A DNA stretch of 64,000 bases from Chrysomallon squamiferum (Eukaryota; Animalia; Mollusca): contig CM022675.1 in assembly GCA_012295275.1 (NCBI GenBank), positions 16,244,001 to 16,308,000 on the forward strand, written 5' to 3'. Within the stretch, counting starts at the first letter, position 1; each line of letters begins with the position of its first letter. Below, in pieces: positions 52,221 to 64,000 of this stretch. Under the pieces are notes generated by a model. It searched no databases. It was not told where the DNA came from and was given only the letters and a program-made list of their open reading frames with translations. Position numbers and translations under genes: made by a program.

Positions 52221-53642
52221 ATTCTTTCGTCTTTTTAAAGCAGTTATTTAATAAACTATAACATTTTGTTTCTAAATTGTTATTTTATTATTCATTCTTA
52301 GTTCTAGCTGTCTATTAATCTTTATTAATATTGTTTCTGTATAAAGAATTTTGTTAACAAATTAAATATAGCTGAGATGTTACTAATTTCAGAAAACATT
52401 CGGAGGTCGAGAAGGGAAAGAACTGTAATTAAAAAGCAGCCCATTACGTCAGGCGAACTCTTTAACTGAAAAGATAGTATTAATAATAACTTTTACCCCA
52501 TTTTATTATTATTATTATTTATTTTATATTTATTTAGTTAATTAGTTTTAGTGTTTTAGCAACTGATTATTGTTGTAATGGGAAACAGTCCTCAAAGTAA
52601 CAACAAAGTCAAGATGTGAACAACAAACAAGAAAAATAAGAACAGAAATAAATAATAATCTCTCTCTCATGGGTTTGTAAAACTTACTTGAATTAATCTC
52701 ACTTTCAAAATCCTTCAATCATAGTTTTTAATCACTAAAATATTTTTGTTTCTTCTTTCTTCACTACATTACTAAAACTTTAAATGAAAAGAAATACAGA
52801 CTGTTCTCTTGTTTAACTATTTACTATAAACATTAAATATGAAATGATAATGATTTTGAAAATTAGCTTTCTTCTTTTATGTATATTTTCTGTTATCAAT
52901 TAATTATTAAAATATATAAATATAATTTTTTAAATTATTTTGTTTTGTTGTTTATGAATTATTAAATGAAATAAATATGATTTTTTAAACTATGTTGTTT
53001 CCGTTTTCATTTTGTTCTGTAAACAACTGAAATAAAGCTAATTTTTCAAAGCAAACTGTGTTTGTTTTCATTATGAATGCAACCTAACAGAAGAAGAGAG
53101 GTAGGAAGCTGTGAAAGTAACACAGATGTTGTGTGAACTGAAACATCTTTATTAATTATTTGTCATCATTATTGTTAAATGTGCATTTTGTAATTTTAAT
53201 GAGCTGTATTTTCAAATGCAGTGACAGTGAGTGACCTGAGTTACCACACTCAGTGTGGCTAACACTCAACCTTACACTTGAACTATCCTGGGGAACTGTT
53301 CACCTTCAGTACAAAATATCAGTATTACATTTGATTATAAAATCTAAATCATATTTAAAACATGTAGTAAAAAGGTAATGAATGGCAAGCAGTTTTACTA
53401 ATAGATTTATGTAAGACAACAAAATACAGAACTGTAGCAAGAGTAGTTAACATCAAACAATAATTAAAACATTCATCTTTTTAACTGACATTTACTTATA
53501 TCTATTTACGTTATCTTTTATTAACTTTCTTTAAAGTCAATGTATTAATACTTTATAATAAAGGGCATCCTTTGACTATCCTTACAGTATCAATAATCTT
53601 TGTCAAAGGGAAACGACTTTGCTTCAACCAAGGAGAGTAGGA

Positions 53643-55140
53643 CTCTTATCACAGGTTCATGTCAGCTCCTCCCTCTTCACAGGTGCATGTCAGCCCCCCT
53701 CTCTTCACAGGTTCATGTCAGCTCCCCCTCTTCACAGGTTCATGTCAGCCCCCCTCTCTTCACAGGTTCATGTCAGCCCCCCTCTCTTCACAGGTGCATG
53801 TCAGCTCCTCCCTCTTCACAGGTTCATGTCAGCCCCCCTCTCTTCACAGGTTCATGTCAGCCCCCCTCTCTTCACAGGTTCATGTCATCCCCCCTCTCTT
53901 CACAGGTTCATGTCAGCTCCTCCCTCTCTTCACAGGTTCATGTCAGCCCCCTCTCTTCTCACAGGTTCATGTCCCCCTCTGTTCACAGGTTCATGTCAGC
54001 CCCCCTCTGTTCACAGGTTCATGTCAGCCCCCCTCTCTTCACAGGTTCATGTCAGCCCCCCTCTGTTCACAGGTTCATGTCAGCCCCCTCTCTTCACAGG
54101 TTCATGTCAGCCCCCCTCTCTTCACAGGTTCATGTCAGCCCCCCCCTGTTCTCTGTTCACAGGTTCATGTCAGCCCCCTCTGTTCACAGGTTCATGTCAG
54201 CCCCCTCCCCCTCTGTTCACAGGTTCATGTCAGCCCCCCCTCTCTTCACAGGTTCATGTCAGCCCCAGGTTCCAGCCCCCCTCTTCACAGGTTCATGTCA
54301 GCCCCCCTCTCTTCACAGGTTCATGTCAGCTCCCCCCTCTCTTCACAGGTTCATGTCAGCCCCCCTCTTCACAGGTTCATGTCAGCCCCCCTCTCTTCAC
54401 AGGTTCATGTCAGCTCCTCCCTCTGTTCACAGGTTCATGTCAGCCCCCCCCAGGTTCTCATCCCCCTCTGTTCACAGGTTCATGTCAGCCCCCCCCTCTG
54501 TTCACAGGTTCATGTCAGCCCCCCCCCAGGTTCTCAGCCCCCCTCTTCACAGGTTCATGTCAGCCCCCCTCTCTTCACAGGTTCATGTCAGCTCCTCCCT
54601 CTCTTCACAGGTTCATGTCAGCCCCCCTCTCTTCACAGGTTCATGTCATCCCCCTCTTCAGGTTCATTCACAGGTTCATGTCATCCCCCTCTCTTCACAG
54701 GTTCATGTTCATGTCATGCCAGGTTCATGTCCCCCCCCCCTCTCTTCACAGGTTCATGTCATGTCAGCCCCCCCTCTTCAGGTTCAGGTTCAGGTTCATG
54801 TCAGCCCCTCTCTCAGGTTCATGTCAGCCCCCTCTTCACAGGTTCATGTCAGCCCCCCTCTCTTCACAGGTTCATGTCAGCCCCCCTCTCTTCACAGGTT
54901 CATGTCAGCCCCCCTCTCTTCACAGGTTCATGTCAGCCCCCCTCTCTTCACAGGTTCATGTCATCCCCCCTCTCTTCACAGGTTCATGTCAGCCCCCCTC
55001 TCTTCACAGGTTCATGTCAGCCCCTCTCTTCACAGGTTCATGTCAGCCCCCCTCTGTTCACAGGTTCATGTCAGCCCCCCTCTCTTCACAGGTTCATGTC
55101 AGCTCCCTCTGTTCACAGGTTCATGTCAGCTCCCTCTGTT
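53643..55140. repeat. About 28-bp C-rich minisatellite array, about 1.5 kb
   Basis: cacaggttcatgtcagcccccctctctt repeated about 50 times with indels; no stops in any + frame. Confidence 0.95.
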
Positions 55141-55994
55141 CTGTCCTGTAGTCGCGTTCATTATGAAAACAGACACAGTGTGCTTTTAATAATATTTTTT
55201 ATTTCAGTTAATTGTTTACAGAACAAAATGAAAACAGGACTGTGAATAGTAATTAAATTAATTAATTCAGATGTACAGAATTGAATTTGATGGTTTACTA
55301 AGCACAGACAAAGTGTTGGTAGGATGACTATGCTCGGATTAGTACAGCATACTGATCTTACAGCAGCTGATAGAAAATGTTTTCCAGTTTACATGAAAAT
55401 AAAACTCGGACTGTTACGTGTCGTTGTAAAATGGCTGAACAAACAACAAAAGCAATATTAGACACGTATCAGCTACCACAGACCTGGGAATGACGTAAAC
55501 ATGCTTAAACAGAGGCAAATGTCCTTTGATTGAAAATGAGTCATCATATAGCAAGAACATATATTTAGATGTCTTTACTGTCACAAAGTACCTGGATATA
55601 TACATTTCATTTATTATTTTATAATCTCTTTGTCTTATAGATGTATGTACACGCTGTACCTATGTGATGAAAAGAGGGGACTTTGAAGGGGGGTTTCATT
55701 CCCCTGTTTTTTTGTTTCCTGTTTATTTTAATTTCTGTACAGTCACACATTTCATTATCTAGTTTTCTGTCTACTAATTAGTTTATGTTCTGTAATTATA
55801 CCTGCTTATTTGAATAGCTCTCATAAACAACATGTGTTAATATATCAAAAGTAAAAAAACCTTGTAAAGAGTAAATAACTTTTTATTTGATCTTCATGAA
55901 TTAGGTTGAGTAACAAATAAGTTAAACATTTTCTTTTAACTGCCACCAGTGACAAACTGTATTTTCAGATTACAAAATATTTGTCACAGGTTTT

Positions 55995-56760
55995 ACATGA
56001 TCTATCCCTCTTTCCCAACCTCAACCTCACAGATCTCACGTGATCTACCACCTCTTTCCCAACCTCAACCTCACAGATCTTACATGATCTACCACCTCTT
56101 TCCCAACCTCAACCTCACAGATCTTACATGATCTACCACCTCTTTCCCAACCTCAACCTCACAGATCTCACATGATCTACCACCTCTTTCCCAATCTCAA
56201 CCTCACAGATCTTACATGATCTACCACCTCTTTCCCAATCTCAACCTCACAGATCTTACATGATCTACCACCTCTTTCCCAACCTCAACCTCACAGATCT
56301 CACATTTTCTACCACGTCTTTCCCAACCTCAACCTCACAGATCTTACATCATAATCTACCACCTCTTTCCCAACCTCAACCTCACAGATCTTACATGATC
56401 TACCACCTCTTTCCCAACCTCAACCTCACAGATCTTACATTTTCTACCACGTCTTTCCCAACCTCAACCTCACAGATCTTACATCATAATCTACCACCTC
56501 TTTCCCAACCTCAACCTCACAGATCTTACATTTTCTACCACCTCTTTCCCAACCTCAACCTCACAGATCTTACATTTTCTACCACCTCTTTCCCAACCTC
56601 AGCCTCACAGATCTTACATTTTCTACCACCTCTTTCCCAACCTCAACCTCACAGATCTTACATTTTCTACCACCTCTTTCCCAACCTCAACCTCACAGAT
56701 CTTACATTTTCTACCACCTCTTTCCCAACCTCAGCCTCATAGATCTTACATCATCTACCC
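55995..56760. repeat. 44-bp minisatellite, about 17 copies
   Basis: tctaccacctctttcccaacctcaacctcacagatcttacat[ga/tt] repeated. Confidence 0.95.
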
Positions 56761-57294
56761 CCTCTTACCCCCTCTTTCACAGACTTCACATCCCTGAGTT
56801 CCTAAAACCCATTTCCATCACTGATACCACAATTTGTGACAGACACATTTCAACTATTTAGCTTGAATATGGAAGAAATGATTGGGAATATTCCAGAAGT
56901 TTCAAGAAGAAAGGTTAATCATTTAACTGTATTTTGCTTTTTTCAAGACTTTCAGTAGTTCAGTGACACAAGCATTCTTTAAATTTTACTACAAAGCACA
57001 CAAACCCCAGTATTAACCATCTTAAATTATAGCTAGGCTTACACATTATCTGTGTGGTTCTTAATGATTATAATATCAGACAAACCACGGCTGAAATGTA
57101 CAAATAAATAATTATATTCAGTGCAAATCAATTTAAAATATTTTCACATACCTCATTTCAGGTTCATTTAGTTTCAGCATACAACAGCTGTATGAAGATT
57201 TCATTAACCTAAAATTAAACATTAAATAAACAGCTGACTGAGAGTTTCTATCAAATCAACAAGTGAATGCACTGCTTCACTCTAGATTGGGTGA

Positions 57295-60230
57295 ACATAC
57301 AGCATCACACACTGGACAACTGACCTGTGTTGTACTGTCACCTGTCAAACACACAGCATCACACAGTGGACAACTGACCTGTGTTGTACTGTCACCTGAC
57401 AAACATACAGTATCACACACTGGACAACTGACCAGTGTTGTACTGTCACCTGTCAAACACACAGCATCACACACTGGACAACTGACCCTGTGTTGTACTG
57501 TCACCTGTCAAACACACAGCATCACAAACTGGACAACTGACCAGTGTTGTACTGTCACCTGTCAAACACACAGCATCACACAGTGGACAACTGACCTGTG
57601 TTGTACTGTCACCTGACAAACATACAGCATCACACACTGGACAACTGACCAGTGTTGTACTGTCACCTGTCAAACACACAGCATCACACACTGGACAACT
57701 GACCAGTGTTGTACTGTCACCTGTCAAACACACAGCATCACACACTGGACAACTGACCAGTGTTGTACTGTCACCTGTCAAACACACACTGGACAACTGA
57801 CCAGTGTTGTACTGTCACCAGTCAAACACACAATGGACAACTGACCTATGTTGTACTGTCACCAGTCAAACACACACTGGACAACTGACCAGTGTTGTAC
57901 TGTCACCAGTCAAACACATTCTGGACAACTGACCAGTGTTGTACTGTCACCTGTCAATCACACACTGGACAATTGACCTGTGTTGTACTGTCACCTGTCA
58001 AACACACACTGGACAATGACCAGTGTTGTACTGTCACCTGTCAAACATACAGCATCACACACTGGACAACTGACCAGTGTTGTACTGTCACCTGTCAAAC
58101 ACACAGCATCACACACTGGACAACTGACCAGTGTTGTACTGTCACCTGTCAAACATGTAGCATTACACACTGGACAACTGACCAGTGTTGTACTGTCACC
58201 TGTCAAACATGTAGCATTACACACTGGACAACTGACCAGTGTTGTACTGTCACCTGTCAAACATGTAGCATTACACACTGGACAACTGACCAGTGTTGTA
58301 CTGTCACCTGTCAAACATGTAGCATCACACACTGGACAACTGACCTGTGTTGTACTGTCACCTGACAACTGACCTGTGTTGTACTGTCACCTGTCAAACA
58401 TGTAGCATTACACACTGGACAACTGACCAGTGTTGTACTGTCACCTGTCAAACACATACTGGACAACTGACCAGTGTTGTACTGTCACCTGACAAACACA
58501 CACTGGACAACTGACCTGTGTTGTACTGTCACCTGTCAAACACACACTGGACAACTGACCAGTGTTGTACTGTCACCTGTCAAACATACACTGGACAACT
58601 GACCATTGTTGTACTGTCACCTGTCAAACACACACTGGACAACTGACCAGTGTTGTACTGTCACCTGTCAAACATACAGTATCACACACTGGACAACTGA
58701 CCAGTGTTGTACTGTCACCTGTCAAACACACACTGGACAACTGACCAGTGTTGTACTGTCACCTGACAAACACACACTGGACAACTGACCTGTGTTGTAC
58801 TGTCACCTGTCAAACACACACTGGACAACTGACCAGTGTTGTACTGTCACCTGTCAAACAAACACTGGGCAACTGACCAGTGTTGTACTGTCACCTGACA
58901 AACACACACTGGACAACTGACCTGTGTTGTACTGTCACCTGACAAACACACAGCATCACACACTGGACAACTGACCAGTGTTGTACTGTCACCTGTCAAA
59001 CACACAGCATCACACACTGGACAACTGACCAGTGTTGTACTGTCACCTGACAAACATACAGCATCACACACTGGACAACTGACCAGTGTTGTACTGTCAC
59101 CTGACAAACATGTAGCATCACACACTGGACAACTGACCAGTGTTGTACCTCTCACCTGTCAAACACATACTGGACAAATGACCAGTGTTGTACTGTCACC
59201 TGACAAACATGTAGCATCACACACTGGACAACTGACCAGTGTTGTACTGTCACCTGTCAAACACATACTGGACAAATGACCAGTGTTGTACTGTCACCTG
59301 ACAAACACACACTGGACAACTGACCTGTGTTGTACTGTCACCTGACAAACACACACTGGACAACTGACCTGTGTTGTACTGTCACCTGTCAAACACACAC
59401 TGGACAACTGACCAGTGTTGTACTGTCACCTGTCAAACAAACACTGGGCAACTGACCAGTGTTGTACTGTCACCTGACAAACACACACTGGACAACTGAC
59501 CTGTGTTGTACTGTCACCTGACAAACATGTAGCATCACACACTGGACAACTGACCAGTGTTGTACTGTCACCTGTCAAACACACAGCATCACACACTGGA
59601 CAACTGACCAGTGTTGTACTGTCACCTGTCAAACATACAGCATCACACACTGGACAACTGACCCGTGTTGTACTGTCACCTGTCCAACACACAGCATCAC
59701 ACACTGGACAACTGACCCGTGTTGTACTGTCACCTGTCAAACATACAGCATCACACACTGGACAACTGACCAGTGTTGTACTGTCACCTGTCAAACACAC
59801 AGCATCACACAGTGGACAACTGACCTGTGTTGTACTGTCACCTGACAAACATACAGCATCACACACTGGACAACTGACCAGTGTTGTACTGTCACCTGTC
59901 AAACACATACTGGACAAATGACCAGTGTTGTACTGTCACCTGACAAACATACAGCATCACACAGTGGACAACTGACCTGTGTTGTACCTCTCACCTGTCA
60001 AACATACAGCATCACACACTGGACAACTGACCTGTGTTGTACTGTCACCTGTCAAACATACAGCATCACACACTGGACAACTGACCTGTGTTGTACTGTC
60101 ACCTGTCAAACACACACTGGACAACTGACCTGTGTTGTACTGTCACCTGTCAAACATACAGCATCACACACTGGACAACTGACCTGTGTTGTACTGTCAC
60201 CTGACAACTGACCTGTGTTGTACTGTCACC
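57295..60230. repeat. Mixed 54-bp/44-bp minisatellite array, about 2.9 kb
   Basis: acacactggacaactgacc[a/t]gtgttgtactgtcacctg[t/a]caaac with or without acacagcatc, about 58 units. Confidence 0.95.
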
Positions 60231-60257
60231 TATATTATTTTTGTTGTTATTCTTTTA

Positions 60258-60317
<60 letters not shown>

Positions 60318-63300
60318 GTCCACTAATATATTTTACTGAAATTATATCAATATTTACAAATTAATGTTTGAAACTGCTTACACTTGATAAAAAAATTAAT
60401 AATAAATAATATTAAATTCAACTGACAGGTTTGAATTTATTATAAATTTTCAGTGGAAACTAAAACCTGGAATTAAATATATTTAAGTATGTTTTGTTGT
60501 TGTTGGGTATTTTTTTCAAATAAATATATAATACAACACAATGTATAAATCATAAGTTTATATCCAATTTAAACATTAAAGAAAGTAGCTATTCAAAATG
60601 AACAACAGTCAATGAAACCCTTCCCTGCATGCAGATTTCATCTTTAAACGAATGTTTTGTTTTAATGTTTATAAAAATATTTTTTTATATAGAAGCTGGT
60701 TTTTTGTGACTCTTTCATATCGGCATTCTCCCCTTTTTTATTTCATATACATAGATTTGATAAGCATAAAAAAATATAACAGAATGCATATTTAATCGTA
60801 AATTAACCTAATTTATCTGCAGATAATTATTATGCTTCAAACTGAGATGTAAATGTTTATATATAACTACAACATGCAGAGTTTAATTTATCCTTATCTC
60901 TTGTATCTGCTGTCAACTGTCTGCTTCAAACTGGATGTAAATGCCAGTTATCTAATTTAATATAATAAATATGAAATTTATTCTGAATAAATCCACAAGT
61001 AATGATATTTTAAAGCAATTAATTAAATTATATTACCAGTAATAAATAAAACTGCATTAATGCAAGAATAATTATTAAAAATCCGAGGTGAATGCACTAT
61101 AATGATTAATAGATTTATTATCATGATAAGTAAAACATATTAATGGAATTATCATAGGAGAAATATTAATGAAAGTTTCATAATAAAAATCTCAAACAAA
61201 TGGAATAGCAAGATCATAAATAAAAGTAAAAATAAAATAATATCATCAACAAAAAAAATAAGAATAGAATAATGAAAACTGAAACATACAAACAATAGAA
61301 TGATGATGATAAAAAAACAAAAACATTAACAGATTTATTATAATGATGATGAATCACTTCTTATGATAAAAACATGAAGTATTATTATAAGTTATCGTTT
61401 ATGTAATGTATGTGATTTTAAAATGTAATGTATGGTAACAAAAGTTATTTTATATGTAATGATATTAACAAGTTACACTGAATGTGTATTGTATGTTAAA
61501 CAGTTATCTTTTTATATGTAATATAAATTTATTTACCTGAGTGAAATGAAATTCTAGAAAGAAATACTTCATTTGTACAAATAATCTTTTTTTGCTTTTA
61601 TTTGTTGTTTCTATGGAGTTTCAACAGCTGCTAGCTGTGTCTCTTTTACATCCTTCATTCCTCATTTTCTTACAGTTTAAATGGAAGTTTAACGTGGGCT
61701 TGTCTAGATTGGGATTCATTCTTTTCCTACATTCCAGTAACATTTGTACACCTACTTCAGCCAGTTTGGTTTTTGACATGCTTGGAGTAAATTAATAAAA
61801 CTGCTAATAATCATACAGTAATTACAAAGAAATCAAATATAATTATTATTTATTAAATACTGAATATTATAATTATTATTAAATATATGAATAAAATAAT
61901 TTTTAATTAAATATCAAATAAAATAATAATTATTTACTAAGTATAAAAACGTAATAGCATATTTTTTTATTATTATTATTCTTATTATATATCTTTTTTT
62001 TTTTTTTTTATTTAACACACACACACACACACACACGCACACAGACACTTATAGCAAACGCTCATTTGACTGATATGCCGTGCATATTCTAATTTGCATT
62101 GGTAACTGAAATCTCAAAACTGTCACATCAAAAATTTAATTATTTTACAGTTATTATCAATCAATAAATAAATACTAGCCGAACCATGACATTGATACAT
62201 AATTACATGGTTTCCTTACTGTCAGGAACGACAACTCTGTAGACACATTTAGTTTCGGCTCTCTAAGGTACTGCAAATTAAAATAAATTCAAATTGTAAC
62301 TTATCGGTACTAAAATTTAATTATTATGAGGTTGTTCTGATTAACACATTATTTCTTCACTTATATTTCTGATAAAAACAAAAAAATTAAATAAATGTTC
62401 TTAAAAAAATGAAAATAAATAAGTTTACAACCATTAAACATATTTTTAAATAGTTCTTTTAAAGACGCATTCAGTGTTTGTATAATCAATTATAAGCAAT
62501 ATAATCACATCATGCAATACATTTTTTTTTTTTTTATCATTCACACACAATTTTGGTTGTTAATATTTAATGTAATTTTTTTTTTTTTCTTCAGTTTTTC
62601 CTTTTTAATTTTTTTCTAATGTTTTATTGCAACAGTTTTGTCTGCGCACAAAGATGATATTTATCATCATCCAGCGAACGAGGAAACGCCTGTTAGATTA
62701 ATCTGCCTGCAGATCGCCATTGTCAACACTTAAATCTTTCAGACATGTCGCGTGAGTGGTGAGGCGCACAAACCTCACGTGACGTCATTTTAAATAATTT
62801 CAGTGGACATTTTACTTTTCTTTTTCAAAATTAATAACCTGCTACACGACACTCCTTAATATGAGCAATACGATAAAAATTTATATATTTGAAAAATAAA
62901 TATCTGAATAAATGTATATTGTCCGTTTGTACACTATTTGTACATGAGTATGAACGTATGTACATGAGTATCTATATATATGTCTATAAGTACGTGTGTA
63001 TTCATATTTCTGTGTACGTTGTTATGCTTATATATATACATATGTATGTATGTTTGTATGAATGTATGTTTGTACGCACATATTATAATATATAATTTGA
63101 GCTAAGAATCCTTGAATTTAGATTATAAATCTTATGTTATTCGGTTATAATACCTATCTTAACAATTCATTGATACGCATTTCATGTTTATGATTTATAA
63201 TTGTCCGTAAATGTCTTTCATATATGGTGCCTTCTTTTGTTAATCACTATTCAGCATGTTACCAATATTCACTATTTCATGCATATTTCACTGAATTAAT

Positions 63301-63708
63301 GTATTAAATTTCAAAGCAATATTTTCTGGGGTACTTATACACGAGTAAGTAAGGTAAATGAAAAAACATATCTGAAATTTGTATTAGCTGAGTCATTAAG
63401 ACTGACAGGTTATGGTATGACGTCATCATATAGATTTCCACGTAAAGACAACATACAAATGGAAAATCCATTATATGTTTGTCTGTTGTATTTTTTTATG
63501 TTTAAACAATTACCTGTACTGTATTATAATAAACTATGAACCGGAAAGTTTAATTTTTTATATTACATGTGTAATTGCACGTACTTTTTAATTACTTTTT
63601 TTTGTTTTCTTCTTTTTCTTAAATTTATTTTTTAATTAATTTATATTTTGTAATTATTTTATTTTATTTTATTATTATTATTATTATTATTAATAGTAAT
63701 AGTAGTAA

Positions 63709-63766
<58 letters not shown>

Positions 63767-64000
63767 TACAGAAATCCCTCTAGATTATTTTTATGATGTT
63801 TAACTGAGAACGTAGGATCAAGGATAGCTCAATTGTACAAATAAATTATTATATCAATTTAAAATATTTTAACATACTTCATTATTTACATCTTTAAATT
63901 ATTAAACTATTTATTAATAATTTTAAAAATAAAAAATAAAATATTTTTCAGTGCCTGAAAAAATATCAGAAATGGTGAAATCCATTCTAAGTAAATTATA

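Noticed and set aside
53600-55245. Three overlapping 510-529 aa ORFs as real proteins
   Set aside because: They arise from a stop-free 28-bp unit; the unit is not a multiple of 3 and indels move the same peptides between frames.
55465-55550. Box C (ATGATGA) and box D (CTGA) about 75 nt apart on the - strand as a C/D snoRNA
   Set aside because: Terminal stem is weak and the only rRNA complementarity I could see is 8-9 nt, within chance.
57263-60211. CPVC-containing Cys-rich ORFs resembling zinc-ribbon or metallothionein repeats
   Set aside because: Interspersed 44-bp units break the frame repeatedly, and there is no unique N- or C-terminal coding sequence.

Overview
AT-rich, microsatellite- and minisatellite-dense eukaryotic genomic DNA. 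The EGF+ZP genes suggest a mollusc or other lophotrochozoan (inference). Almost all ORFs in the supplied track are simple-repeat translations. Manual splicing recovers four multi-exon genes: (1) a + strand signal peptide-EGF-EGF-ZP-N protein with a GPI-like tail (5331-8979, 253 aa); (2) a + strand coiled-coil protein I do not recognise (12700-16200, about 182 aa); (3) a - strand 14-exon glutamate decarboxylase (28367-18459, about 539 aa) with an apparent 1-nt deficit at the exon 5 acceptor; (4) a - strand full-length EGF-EGF-ZP-furin-TM protein (45854-38489, 476 aa), a paralogue of gene 1 with the same intron phases. Also present are a Tc2/pogo-like MITE, a decayed Tigger element, a small GGGCGGATCC-ended MITE, a dispersed (GA)n-associated repeat and many tandem arrays. 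Five unrelated minisatellites abut or duplicate splice acceptors across all four genes. The last 11 kb holds large arrays and only weak signs of a spliced - strand transcript.
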